Shown here: in pieces, positions 1 through 13,770 of the stretch
Position numbering within the stretch: the stretch's first letter is position 1
Layout: the number at the start of each line of letters is the position of its first letter
NCBI GenBank assembly: GCA_051294375.1
Contig: CM119271.1
Location: 3,317,061 to 3,381,060 of the forward strand
DNA: 64,000 bases
Source: Paraspadella gotoi
Taxonomy: Eukaryota; Animalia; Chaetognatha
Reading direction: 5' to 3'
Translations under genes and position numbers: made by a program
The notes under the pieces: generated by a model
What the model was told of the DNA's origin: nothing
Database searches by the model: none
What the model saw: the letters and a program-made list of their open reading frames with translations, nothing else

Positions 1-3000
1 TTTTTGACACGCCCTCTTGAGTCTTGGTTACCGTGGAGGAACCGTCGGTACCCGAGACATCTTCGAACTCCACTTGGATCAACTCGAAAGCCCCTGATAG
101 GATTTAATGACAGGATGACATTCGTGTTTTGGCCGACAAGAAATGAAAAGTAGCTGATTAAAGTTAAAACAAAACAAAAAGAAAAAAAAGAAAAGCTAGA
201 AAAAAAAGAAGAAAAGAGCCTCGCCTCTCTTCGAGTCAAATTTGACGACGAAAGATTCCGTGACGAATTCTGGAGAAACGTCCGTCGAAGCCGACGGCGC
301 CGCCGTGTGAGTCGTCACGATCACGTGATCCGGTTTCACGGATCGAAGGGAGTTGAGGGCGGATTGGACTTGGTCTTTCGGGGACTTCCCAGCGCACAAA
401 GGGACTTAATATGAATACCAATTTCATACAAGAGTCAGTTTTAGCATCATAGACACAGAAAACTAATAACAACAACAATTTCAACCTCGTGAATCGATCA
501 CAAAACTATTTCGTGGTCACTTTACCCGACCATTGTTTATTCTCATATTATTTTACTTTTATGCCTTTTTTACTGTTTTTACTTTATTACATTTACTTTT
601 TCTAATTTGAAACTTTTTTTCAATTTTATAAATATAATTTTTAAATCTCAGCTCTTAATTTTAATCATCTTGTCTAAATTTTTTATACGTAAACACTTTT
701 TAGAACCCTGAGATATGCAACAAAATATCGACTTTAACTTTCTAAAGGAAATGGAATCGCCGAATCCTAAATTGGTCAAGACGGAACCGGAATCGACCAA
801 TCAGCTCGCAGAATCAGTAAATGCTACACCTGTCTTTTGGCCGTTGACGGAGAGCGAATATCGAATGCATAACAAATCGCTTTTGGCGTCGAAAGTCACG
901 TCGACTTTTTGTATGTCTTTCACCGACGGCGAATGTGAAATCCAGTTGGTGATTTTGATGCTTTGAGTTTCGTTTCTTAGTTGGGACTTGAAGTGAATCC
1001 GTTGAGAGTCGTGATGCCTGCCAGATGAAAAAAAAAATCAAATAAGCATTAAACATCATGCGTACGTAAGTACGTAAAAAAATTTACATGCTTTTCCTAT
1101 TATGGAAGTTTATACGAAAGCTTTAATTAATTAATTAGTTTTGGTAGCGAAATACGGACGCTAAGCCGTAAGGCGTTCGTTTTAGAACAATAAAATTTTA
1201 AAAGTGACCCGTCTTTCCATTCAAGCTTCCAAATTTTTTAAAAGATCCTTCAAACCACGCTACTTATCCTCCAATTCACTTATTCTCCCAATCAATTGGC
1301 AAAACCGACCCTGTTTGAACTTGTTCCGGAAGTATCGTCGTATTGGTAGCGCGTACAACGAGTCCCACGTGGCTTCCACCACTTCCTTGATGATGCGTCA
1401 TCACTAACAAAACTCTGAGAAGAAAAAAAAATCAAAATTTAAATTTTTTTAAAAAAAAATAATTATTTTAATTAATTATTTAAAATTTTTAAAAATTTTT
1501 AAATTTGAGTTTAAGGTTTGGGTTAAGGATTATGTTAAGGATTAGGGTAAAGATAAGAATTAGGTTGATGACTATGGTTGAAGGTTAAGGATTAGGGTTA
1601 AGGAATAGAGTTAGGATTAAGGGTTAGGGTTAAGGATTAGAGTTAGGATTAAGGATTAGGGTTAAGGATTAGAGTTAGGTCTAAGAATTAGGGTTAAGGA
1701 TTAGAGTTAGGATTAAGGATTAGGTTTAAGGATTAGGATTAAGGATTAGGGTTAAGGATTAGAGTTAGGTTTAAGGATAAGGGTTAAGGATTAGCGTTCG
1801 AAATCCCTTACTCCTCATCCTTTGTCATTTCTATGAATGGAGATCTGATTCCTACGCGGTTGTCCATAACGTTGCTCGTCCATCCAGAATTGTAGGCGAT
1901 GATATCCTGAACGAAATTTCAAAGTTGAATAGAAAAAAAATCAACGACCAAACCAGCCCGAGCGCGAGTCTCGTGTCTCGTCAGCCACGCATTCACCTTC
2001 CTCTTCCTCCTCCTAGCACCCAGGGCTCGAGGCTCACCCAGTTCTCACTTCCTCGTTTCTACTCTCTCTCCTCTACTTCCTCCTCTCCGCTCCTTCTGAT
2101 TTTTCCCTCCAGTTTTTGTACACCTTTTTTTGCCTTTTTTAGTAGTATATACACGTTTTCCCACATTTCGCCTTCTTCCTTTACGACTTCGTTAGTTAGC
2201 CCCAGATTACCACCATCCCAGATAGAGTGGCGCCCAATGTGGGGCTCGAACCCATGACCCCAGGATTAAGAGTCCTGTGCTCTACCGACTGGTCAGTTAA
2301 TTGTCAGTTAATTGTATAAAAAAAACAAAAATGAACCAAAAATGAACGAAAGAAAGTTAATCACTGACCAGATCAGCTTCGCTTCGGGTTTTGCTCATCC
2401 AAAGAATCGAATTGTCGTCAGTAACGAGAATGAACTGGTATCTGAAGTGGAGAGGGGGGGGGATGGGAGAAGGAAAACATTTGTACACCGTTCCCACTGC
2501 TGTATAGATGAACTACGCAACATTTTATTCTATATGAAAATTTCAAAAAATATAGATTTTAAAATAGTTTAAATTTATTATTTTATTAATTTTTTTTGTA
2601 TTAAATTATTTTAATCTAATATTATTTATGTATTTTTTGTAATTTCCTTTAAAAGGTATGTACAAAGTCAAAATACGTATTTAATTTGAAAAGAGTTCGA
2701 AAAAGAAAGTTCTTTCAATCGATTTTGACGGAACTTTTTACATTTAGTTACAAAAGTTCCAACTTTAACTAGTTAATTAATGCTTTAAGTTTAAAATTCG
2801 TTCAGTTAGAAACATTTTTAGACACGAACACGGACGTGTAATTTAATCATTTATCTCGTTACGATGGAATGAATTTATTTTTCTTACTTTCCATCATTGG
2901 GAGCAACAAAGAACATCTTGGTTCTCGTGACGTAATGCTCCATGATGACGTGATCCTTCCAGTAAACATGACCAGCGAAAGGAATCCTCCAATAATTGGA

Positions 3001-6000
3001 CACGTTGGTATCCATATCTTTCACGAGCTATAGTGAAAAAAAATTATTAATTACATTTTTCAGGGAAAATTTGATACATAAACATGGTTTTTATTTAAAA
3101 GAAATTAAACTTCTGCGCTTAAAGTCAATCTAAATTGGTCGAAACAGATCTTTTACTCCCTCCCACCCTCTCTCTCTTTCCCTCTTCATCAAATGTTTGG
3201 CAAAAATTTTCAATTTGCGCTAACGAAGATTCGGAAAAAAACAAAGATTCGAAACATGTCCATATATTTTTGGAATACATACAAAATCAACTCTGTTTAC
3301 TATTAATTTGAAGAACGCAACGAAAAGTAAGTTTTAACACAAACTAAAAACCTTTAATCCGCCGTTGGAGTAATAGTATCCTCGGGTATCGTTCCATATT
3401 TCTAAAAAGACTCCTCTCTGCCCGGGATAGACAATTTTCTTTTTTCGAGTCTCGGATTCGGCCGTCGGAGCTGCCGTCGTAGAGTCATTTGTTTCCACTG
3501 TGGGTTCCGCGGTCGTCGCCAGCATCAACGACATCTCGTGAGCATCGGGCGAAGGCGGAGTCATACAAGTGATCTCCGTTTCGCTCAAGTTTTTAACGGT
3601 ACAAGGACGACCTGGTAAAGTTAATTGGGAGATATACTAAGAAAAACCTCGCTTGAACTTCAAGATTCGAGTTGAAGCAAAGACCTATGTTTCGTTTTTT
3701 ATTCAAAAGGACCGTAACCTATAGAAAAACCATAAGGGTAATAAGTCGACAATTATTTTTTTTTTACCAGGCGCACGTCATATTGAAATAAAAAAATTAC
3801 GTAATATCAGTTGGTCACTAAAATTTGCTCGACATTTTGCCGATTCAAAAATTAGCGTGCCAGTTTTAACTAATTTTTGTCTTTTTTTTTTCTATAGAGA
3901 AAATTAAGGTCTCAGATTACGTTTTGTTTCTTGGCACGAAAAACGAGGTTTGTGGATCGCAGTCGGTTCGCCGACCTTAAATTTCATCATTTATGTTTGG
4001 ATTTCGTATCCACAACTAAATTGAGAGTTAATTTCTTAAAAGGGGCTCTGATGTAATAGGGGATTTTTAACAGTTTTTCATAAAACTCTGATATAGCATA
4101 AATATCTTAAAAATACCCCGGGGGAAAAATCCATCGACGCTTCCTTATAGTTATACAAATTTTTTTTTTTTAAGCCGAGGTTGTAAATATTTATTTGATC
4201 TCCTTGAATAAATATATAAATAAATATAAATATATAAATTTAGTTGATCACTTTGAATAAATACATGGCGACGTATTTTAAACTGAACGTATACAATTTA
4301 ATACATAAAGGAAGAACTTTTTACTTTACTTCTCCATTTTATGCTATATTTAAAACAATTTAATTTTTATCTATTAAGACTGACCGTCAATGTAAACCTT
4401 CGTGTCGATCGGATCGAAGAATTTTCCTTTAATCGTAATCATAGTTCCACCGACGACGCTTCCGACGTTGGGCCATACGGATTCCACCACTGGATGATAA
4501 TTTTAACATATTAACACAAAGTTACAACACTACTATTTCATATCATGAAAATAAAAAAAAAAAAATTGTACATTCGCTTTTTTTTCGAAATGGAAAAATT
4601 ATAATGTAGCCTGACGCAGGCGATACCCTGAACTGAAACATAAATGAGCAATGATCAAACAAAAGGTCAAAACCAACCTGCATGGGTTTGGAACATGTAC
4701 AACCCGTTTTGGGCCGAGACGTAGAAAAAGCTTCCCTGTGGTTTTGAGAGTCCGAATCGACCTTTATTAATTAAAAAAAATACAATTAGCCTACTTGTTA
4801 AAGTTAATCGTATGTTTTATATGTTCATACGCTTTCAGAGCTTATTCAGTTGGGGCTTTCTTTGTACAATGTATAACTGTACATATAAATTAATAAAGGC
4901 TCTACGGAAATAAAGCGCATAACCTTTTTTTTTTTTTGGCTCTTGTTAGATATATTCGATGATATTAAATTCTACTCTTAACTATTCGTTCTATAGTTTT
5001 TCCTATTATCTTTTAGTTCTCGTCGCGACTAAAAAAGACTAGATCGGTTTCTGTCCAAAGTCAAAGACTCACCCTCAACGATGAAAGAAACATTAAAATC
5101 GGAGATGAAAGGTTTGATGTCGTCCACTTTACATTTAAGGACTCCATATTCCGAGTCTTCGGCGTCTAGGGCGACGCCGTACGCCGTCGTTTCTATTTCG
5201 TCCGCGATGAGATTGCAAGGGTTGAAACCCGCCTTTTTTGAGGGGATTTATAATTATGAAAACTAGTTTTATTTTTGAAATTTATGGAAACTATTTATTT
5301 ATTTCTAAGAATATCTGTCCTTAAATTAATATTTTCTAAAAGAATCCCATTATTATTACCAGTTATATTATAACCATTATTATTACCGAACTAACTTAAG
5401 AATATGGGTTAAAATTAAAAATCAAGGATTTCACGATTTCAGAAAATAGTGCCAAATTATCATAATCTAGCAATTATTAGAGGATTTCATACCATCTCAA
5501 TTATGAGTTATCAAACCTGCTTTCAACTTTTTGGATCTGAAAGGCGATTCTTTCAAAAACTTTCACCAAATTTCAGACGAGCATTGCTCTTTTTTTTTCT
5601 TAAAATGATAATCCTACCGTCGTGCGGAGAATCATTTCTTCTTTTCCGTTGGTCGACGTCGGGAGACTAGACCGCCACCGATCGGTGAATATGCGACCCC
5701 GAATGGTGATCACCGTGCCTGAGGGCGTTAAAAAAAATGTAATCTCTCGGCCTCATTGGATTAGTCAACATGGCGGGTTTTATTCGTAGATTATGGAGCG
5801 CAAGGACCAAGGTTTGCTTTTCAAGGAGAAGCCTAACTCAATGGGGAGGATCAAGAATATAAAATGAGGAGCTGCTTAAAACAAAAATTTAAACCTTTGA
5901 AAGAGAAATTTTATTAATTATTATTAATATTGTTTTTTATTAATTATTATTATCCATCGTTTATTTTAATGTCGGAAAATTAGCATTGACCATGGCTGAT

Positions 6001-8553
6001 TCGAGGGACATTAAAAATGCTGATTGAATGTAGTTGAAACTTTAAAGTTTTCCTCGTTTTATCGAGTTCCTGAAACTGGGAACTTCAAACGCCCGAGTGG
6101 CTCGTCAGCACAAGGGCGAGAAAGGCTAACCCGGCGGGCCGCTTATCGGCTCCATGCTTTCTATGAGGGGCGTGTTATGGCTATTGACACGAACGGTGCA
6201 TTGGCCATTGCAGTGATTCTTGATCGGTATCTGCTTATTGTCCACTTTGACTATCACTCGGTAATAACCGACGTCCGGGTCCGGTTGCATGGGCCTGCAA
6301 AAATTAAAAAGCAAGAGGGAGATGCCGTCTCAAGAATTGAAATTTGAGAATTGAGATATTTGTAAGAAACACCTTTGGGTTTTATTTTACTTTTTCCGAC
6401 CGGGGTTAGGGGGGTTTAGGATTAAGGGTGGTTTAAGAGGGGTTTAAGGTTAAGAGTGGTTACTGGTTACTGGTTAGGGTAAAGAGGGTTTATGGTTAGG
6501 ATAATTAGATAATACTTTTTTGGAATTCTTTTTTTTTTTAAATAAGTAGGCAAAATTTTAATTTCACCGACCAGGGTTTTAGCGTTTTTTAATAAATCAT
6601 TTTAAAATATTTATTTAAAAAAAATATATAAAAAAAATTACTTAATTACCCTAACCCTCTTAACTTTAACCACACCCCTAACCCCCAGTCAGCGAAAATA
6701 AAATTAACCCAATAAATATTTTTAAATAATTTTTCAAAAGACCCCCGAAACCCAGGTGGGCGAAAGTAAAAATTTTTGCCCGTTGTTTTAAAAAAAAATT
6801 TTTTTTAGCTTGCTTTTAAATTTAAGTTTTTAAAAAGTATTGACTAACGGGGTGAAGCATTTGATCTGCGTTTCGGTGCATTCCTCAACGAAAGTCTCGC
6901 AAGTGTGGTTGACGTTCGATCCGACCAGTTGCACTTCGTTGCCCGGTCCGTCGAATTGATCTTTGGCGAAATCTGTCGGCGGATAGAAGACACGAGTATA
7001 TAAAAACGGGATAGATCATTCTTTTCTTTTTTTTCGCATTTAGTTTAATTTCCATAGTTGTTTATATCTAAAATAGCGACTGGAGAAATCGGACAAAAAG
7101 AAAATCGCTCAATGGGTTTTGGTATTTATTTCTTCTTTTTTTTTTCAATTTTTTTGTTTTTTTATTTCAGATCTATCCATCCATTTAAAATAATCCTATA
7201 TTAAAGGAGCTTTAAAATTAACTAGTTTAACCATAGTTTTTAAATCAAAGTTCGAATCACTTATTCACGAGCCAATCTTCTGTTTTCATTTCCGCCGACC
7301 TATAATATAATAATATATATAATATATAGCTTATTTATTAAATGAATGGATAATTTTTATATTGGTTGTACCAATTTCATATATGTCTATAATTTAGGCG
7401 ATTGGAGGGTGCAGTGAAGAATAACCTCTCATTGACCCCCACACTTTCCTCTGGCGACTTACTTTCTCCTGTGATGATGAGTTTGACCTGACCGAATTCG
7501 CCGAACTCCGATGGGGAGACCGAAAATACTTTTGAATTGACGGCTGATGTAGTCAAAAAAGAAACATGTGTAGCGTTTGAGCCAAACTTTGGCATTAGAC
7601 AAAGTGTTGCGCCGCATTAACTTTCTCTTCGCAACTTAGTATACGTCACGTCAGATGCCAAAAGAATCTCCTCGCAAGACTATATCGTCTCAATATTACA
7701 CGAGTCATGGAATATCCTGTGCTTGCCAATGGTGAACCCTTATCGCTCAGTATTACTACCAAGTTATTTGCATTGCAAAATGCACAGCAAATGAAAGTGG
7801 GGAAGGAAAAACAGTCTAGCAGGCTGACAGACTCCGTAATGACTGAGATGGTGCAACTGCTCACAGGAACAGGTTGAAAACTAAAAGTTCTCTCAAATAA
7901 ATAAATAATGGTTAAGGGACTTTTTGGAGAATATGAAAATAAAAATAATTTTTAAAATTTATCTTATTAATAAGCGCATGGAAGCATTTAAAGATTTTAT
8001 TACTATATAAAGTTTTTTAAAAAACGTTTTAAATTTTTTTAAATAGATTCTGATAAAGCTTTAAAAGTTAGATAAAGGTTATTAATACAACTTTTTAAAA
8101 TTTTTTTGTTTTATTGAAAAAATTTTTAAAAAAGTATAAAATTCAACCAATGATGATGATTATGATCATTTTTTAAGTTTTTTTCTATTTTTAACCAATT
8201 TATTGTCAAAATTTTAAAAAATTGTAGTACTAACTTTTCAAGCTCTATAGGAATCCGTTATAACAAATAACCAAAATATTTTTTTTAAATTTTATTTTTT
8301 AAAATATTAATAAATATTTAAAAGCTTCAGTGCAACAACCCAATGAACTAATTCAAAAAGTTGCATTGAAAATCGATTTTGTAATAGAAAGAAAAAAAAA
8401 ATTTTTTTTGAAAGAACTAGAAGTTATAAAAAGTGTTCAATTTTGGCCCGCCTTACTGCTCACTTAAAGTTAAACGTCAATTCACCTTCTTCTGCGTTGA
8501 GGCGAGAAACGCTTTGAAAAAGAACGACCACGAGGAAAGTAAACGATTCCATT
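1..8553 (-). CDS. PKHD1L1: Fibrocystin-L (PKHD1L1)-like protein, 5' part (multi-exon, continues beyond window start)
   Basis: Manual splicing gives signal peptide MESFTFLVVVLFQSVSRLNAEE, then AVNSKVFSVSPSEFGEFGQVKLIITGENFAKDQF...GNEVQLV...CTETQIKCFTP (IPT/TIG-like). Further IPT exon ~4385-4490 (VESVWPNVGSVVGGTMITIKG) and a PA14-like region (GQRGVFLEIWN...FFVAPNDG..YQFILVTDDNSILW). Splice sites flank each exon. Confidence 0.8.
1508..1793. repeat. Telomere-like degenerate satellite (TTAGGG/TTAAGGA/TTAGAG units), intronic
   Basis: Tandem ttaaggattagggttaaggattagagttagg units seen directly. Confidence 0.85.
2228..2291 (-). pseudogene. 5'-truncated tRNA-Lys(CTT) copy with encoded CCA
   Basis: RC: cagtcggtagagcacaggactCTTaatcctggggtcatgggttcgagccccacattgggcgCCA. 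D-arm, anticodon stem cagga/tcctg and T-loop are intact, but the first ~12 nt are missing. Confidence 0.8.
6381..6781. mobile_element. Foldback/MITE-like element with telomere-like subterminal repeats
   Basis: Inverted motifs ttttact(t)tccgacc / gtc(a/g)gcgaaa(a/g)taaaa with GGGTTA-rich versus TAACCC-rich arms. Related to 9397-10403 and 58497-58643. Confidence 0.55.
7975..8457. repeat. AT-rich dispersed repeat family (also ~29140-29562 and ~36730-37147)
   Basis: Shared blocks gattctgata...aaaagttagat, tgatga(c/t)gat and terminal tggcccgcctta. Confidence 0.6.
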
Positions 8554-8859
8554 GCGAGGATGAATATTTAATCCAAATTCCAAAGTTTGACGGGCATTTT
8601 AGGATCCGCCGTCGGGCGGTTTTTCGGCTATTTTTGTCGGTTTTATAATTGTATGAATGATACGAATGATACGAGAATAAAAAAATAGTTATATTAACCA
8701 TAAATAAAAAAAAAAGGAAAAAAGAGAAAAATTATGCTGCTAAAACGAGAACGACGAAGCCGAAAGTCAAAACGGAAAATATTTCGAAAGACATTTCGAT
8801 TGCGTAACTTATCCCTCTCGATACTTCTTTGTCTCTGTCTCTCTCCTTCTGTCCCTTCC

Positions 8860-8960
8860 CTTCGCGGATGTTGTCGGCGGTTTCCAGCCACGACGCCGTC
8901 ACGTGACCCATAATTGGCGCGCGATCGTATGGCGTAATGGCGTGCTGGAACCAGGACGCC
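8860..8960. promoter_or_regulatory. CpG-rich promoter-like island upstream of the PKHD1L1-like gene with palindromic GTCACGTGAC E-box
   Basis: GTCACGTGAC at 8898-8907 (CLEAR/USF-type), ATTGG (CCAAT) and AATGGCG (YY1-like) motifs ~350 bp upstream of ATG 8553. Confidence 0.4.
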
Positions 8961-9396
8961 GCCTCAAGTTTTTCCCTCTCTTCCTCCCATTCTCCCACTC
9001 CGAATTCGCCATCGATTAATCCGGTTAAAATTAGCGTGTTTTTTAGCGAATCCCGATGGAAACTGGGAAAGGGTCACGGTCAATGGATCCCGATCCGACG
9101 CCCCCTCGGTCCAAAAAAATAAAAGAAGTTTTAATTCGATCCGACGTTTTCGAGAACACGAAAAAATGGATGGAAGATCAGAGGACCCCGACCACATTAA
9201 TATGGGATTTATTCATTTAAATAAGCTCATTTTTAGTCAATTATTATTAAGATTTATTATTAAGATTAAGTGATATTAACCCTGAAAAAAATCTTACTTC
9301 TATTGCCTCCCTTAATGCCTCACCACTTAACAGAGTGATAACTAGCAATAACCATTAACCACTTTACGTTCCACGTCCCATTACAACCAAAACGGT

Positions 9397-10403
9397 ACTA
9401 TTTTACTTTCGCCGACTGAAACCGAGACAATCGATTATTTTTTTATTTGCTTATATTATTACCGTGGTTTAATACTACAAAAAAAAGTTTAATTAAGGTT
9501 AAGGTATTTAAAGTGAAAGGTGGATAGGGTTACGAGGGTTTAAGGTTAAAGTAATTAAATAATAATTTTTATAAAAAAATTTAAAAAATTTAAATATATT
9601 TTAAGACTTTAGTGGGCAAAAATAATATTTTATCATATTTTTTTATATTTATGCTCATAAGCAAAAAAAAAAGATCCTAAATAATAAATATAAAATTTTA
9701 TTATTAAAATTTTTTACCAAACCTTAACCACCTTATTACTATATATATATTACTAACACATAATCCTTATTTTTATATTTATAAATTATAACCAAAAATA
9801 ATAACTTATTATAATCATTCTAAATCATAAATTATAAAAAAAATTATTGTTTAAAATCTTCCCCGTTAATATTTTTTATAAGTTTGTGTTAATAAAAATC
9901 TTATGAGCATAAACGCAAAACAAGTTTTTTCTTTAAAAAAAATATTAATTATTTAAATTTAAATATTACCCCAATCACCCTGAACCGAAACTAATAAATA
10001 CCTCTAACCAACCTTAACCCTAACCTCCCTAAACCAATAACCACCCCAAGATAAATTTATTTTTCAACGACTATAAACCTTAATTTTTACCGGTCGGTAA
10101 TTTATTAGTAATTACATAACTTTTATTTTCCCTTTAAGTTTAATATAATTTTAATTTTTACAATAATATAATTTTTTAAATTTTTTTGTTTTATTTTTTT
10201 ATAAATTAAAAAAAAATATTTTTACATATTTAATATTATTCAAAAATAAAATCATAAATTTTATTTCATACATTTTTCATTAATTAAATACCCCTAACCA
10301 ACCCAACTTTATTTTTTTTATATAGTATAAAACCACAATAATGGTATATACGAATAAAAAAATTAACTGACTGTCTAGGTCCAGTCGGCGAAAGTAAAAT
10401 AGT
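9397..10403. mobile_element. ~1-kb foldback element with long imperfect terminal inverted repeats
   Basis: actattttactttcgccgactg (9397) vs cagtcggcgaaagtaaaatagt (ends 10403); the inverted similarity continues inward. Confidence 0.7.
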
Positions 10404-12090
10404 GCTGAATAACTATATACTAATATAGCTCTCTAATAATAGGAAAAAAAGGGCAAAATTATTTTGCCCGATTTCGCCCGACTCTTTGAAAACGGGCGGA
10501 TTTAATTGAACCGTTAAAATCTGACTAATATTTTCGGAGCGACGTGTCTTAGGGTGAGGGGGGCGTTATCAAACCAGTTCTGTATCAAGCGGTGGTGCCC
10601 GGGCCGACGTTCGCGACGCAAGATATCGAAGAATGAACCGACAACGTAACACCGAATACCCGTCGATCGCAAGAATGGGAAATAAGCGCCTCGGCGGACT
10701 GCGCCTGACCGTGCCGAATGATTTCACGCTTTTACAAAATTATTTTTCCGAACAAACGAGGGCACTCCAAATTTATAGTCCTCCAAAATTATTAGCACGC
10801 CTTTGCAGACGAAAATTTACATTTTACATTACGCTACGTATAGTCCTATCTCCTCGCTGAGCAGCTGAATTCTAATGCAATGACTATTAGTCATGGACTA
10901 ATGTTATTCTCTCGCGGTTTTGTTGCGAAATGAGAGTAAAGAGAAAGAGAGAAAGAGATTTCAAGCCTAAGGTTCGAGAAAAGGAGAATTTCTTGGCCGT
11001 TTCTTCCTCTCCCATTTTCCTTTGACGGATTATATTAACTTCAGACATAGCATATTTATTAACCATAGCACATTTATTTATAATTTATTTTGCCGTTCCG
11101 ATCAAAACTTCTCACAATTTTCTCATTTATGATTAACATTAGAGGCATCAAAGTTTCCCTTTTACATGCAATTGTTAAACAACTAAAACCTGTCGCCATT
11201 ATATTTAAGTCAGTATTTCTTTGTATTTGTAAAACCAGTTGAGATTTTTTTTTGGTTCTACCATAATAATGAGAGCGCAGATCTATTTAACTACCTCAAG
11301 ATGAAAAACAAGATTTATATAAAACAATTTTAATTGTATATTTCTGGTCAATGGTGATATCAACTAAAGCAATGAGTACACAACATCGTATACATAATAA
11401 ATAAAGAAGATCAGAAAAAAAAAGGGACGGCCCATAATTTTACAATTACTGCTATTATTAATATTAAGTTATCCTTTTCGGTTGCCATAAAAAATAACAA
11501 AACGGGTCGGTTACGAAAAAAAAAAAAACTTGTTCGGAACAGGTAAGTGGTGACTCGTTTCCTGTTTAAATCGCACATAAATTATGGAATCTCGTCGAAC
11601 CAAAAGAGTAATCATACTCGGGGCTTTATCAGCAGCATTTCATTCTTGTTCGAACCAAAAGTTGGTGAAAACGCGGGAATCATTTGAAAAAAAAAACTGA
11701 AGCAACGAAACTTATCACAATGTCACTCGTCACAATTTTCTCTGGGTTCAATAACGGAAAAAAAAGAGTTGGTGCGATTCATTGGGTGTGGGGGGGGGGA
11801 AAGTGGTTGTTCTCGTTAGGAAAAAGTCGTCTGAAAAAAGGTCAAATGAAGAAAAAAAATGGCTTAATAACTTGTATTCAGTTTTATCTTTACTACATTT
11901 TGGTTAAACTAAATTATATTAAAAAAAAAGTACTATTAAGCTCGAAAACGAACTAATAATCAGAGCTCATCGATATTGAGCGTCTTAATCCCTTTTCCAT
12001 CATGATTGGGCAACGTCGACTCCTAATCGATATTGACATGAAAACATGGAGGCGAAGAAAATCCTCATTCATAGTCACTGAATTTCATCG

Positions 12091-13770
12091 CTAACGTTCT
12101 TCGACATTCACGTGAGCTGGGGCGGGGGCGGCGACAGTTTGGAGTTCACATCCGGGCGCGGAGGTGTTTTGGAGATGATCGATGATACCAGTTATGACGG
12201 GATGACGCATGGGCGCCGTCGTGAAGAGGCATCCCACGTACGCGTGTGTTCCCCACTCGTGGTGCCGAATCACCTGATAAAAAAATGGGAGGTTTTTGTC
12301 CATCGAAACAATACAACTACTGCGAGGGATTTCAAGGTAAAAACGTCGAGTTAATCGGCATCACCTTGCAGCAGCCGAGATCTTCGATTTCGAAACCGAG
12401 ATGGCGAAATCGTTCGTCCGTTTCGAAGAGTGTAGCGTTGGTGTAAGCGCTCAAAAATGGCTTTCCGCTGAAGATGAAATCAAAAAGTTTTTTTACTGAA
12501 GTACCGTTTGCTTCTAATTTAAACACTTAAACATTTAAACAGCTCTGTATTCTTCACAATCAGAAAAATACAATTGGATGCTAAGAAACGACGACAAAAA
12601 TTAAATCTATAACGAATCAGTAAAGACAAAATAAAAAGTGATCCAACTCGCCTGGAAGGGTCGATGAAGTCGGCCCAGAACCCGGCGCCTTTGAGCGTTT
12701 CCGCCATCGCCTGCGCGGCGTCGATGAAGGACGTAAGCAGCTCTTCGCGTTCCGCGTCTACCGCTTCCGTCCAAGCTAAGATCAAATGCAATTGTTAATT
12801 GTTGTTAATTATTGATCTTTTCGTTGACTGTGCGTTCGTGTTCTCTCTCTCTCTCTCTCTCAACAAGAAATTAAACCCCGCCTGACCCGTCATGTCGTTT
12901 TCCGTCTTCTGACACATGGTGACGACAGTGAAGTTGGTTTGACTCAGATCTGCCTCGGGGAAGAGGGCGTTCAAGTCTTTTTTGAGAAGAGATGGGCAGT
13001 CGAAGAAGGCGCACTCGAACAGATTCTCCGCTGCGTGAATAAATTAAAAAAATAAAGAAGATATGATACGAATCAACGATATCGTGAGTCACGCACCCCC
13101 AAAATCCATCGTTTCCCCCCCCCCACCGATCCTAACGGATTTAATTTTGGGCGTGGCGGTCTCGTCGCCCATGATCCGCGCCTCCAACGCCGCGTCCTCG
13201 GCGTGGAGCGTCGCCCGCGCCCGCTCCTTGATCAACGCAGGGAGGTGAGACTTCAACTGGCTGAAGACGTCGCCGTGTCGCTCGTGGGGTAAGGGGACGG
13301 TGAGGACGTCCGGCGGTGGGAGGGGAAGGAAAGCGAAGGGGGGAGAGTTCTGCGAATAAAGGAGAAAAAAAAATTGACACCTGATATGAAAAATCTACAA
13401 TTGAAACTTTAAAAAAAAAAGGTGATTTGTTTAATCTAAAGGAATGAAAAATGAATGAACACGGCACAAGAAAGGTAGAAACCAACTCGCAACTCCCACG
13501 AACCTGTCCTCCTTCTTGTACGACGAGCGGCACCCCGGTCTGACCCGGTAACGGAAACGGAGAGTCTTTCGTCAATGGCCCCCAACTCGTCGCCGGCAGG
13601 GTCTCGTTCGCATCGCTGCAGCTCTTCAGCGGGAGACCAACGAGGGTGCGTCGGCGTCCGGATCGGTCGCCCTCGCGCGAGCAGAAGGCGCGGATGTGTC
13701 GGGCGGCGGCAGCGAGGGAGGGCAGGAGGGCCGTTCGTCGGGCGGAAAGCCTCAATACGCGAGAAGCCAT
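12091..13770 (-). CDS. MMADHC: Cobalamin trafficking protein CblD
   Basis: Spliced product contains [74 protein letters not shown], plus an Arg-rich mitochondrial presequence. Confidence 0.95.

Noticed and set aside
1508-1793. True telomere or CRISPR-like array
   Set aside because: Degenerate and intronic, with no unique spacers; the context is eukaryotic.
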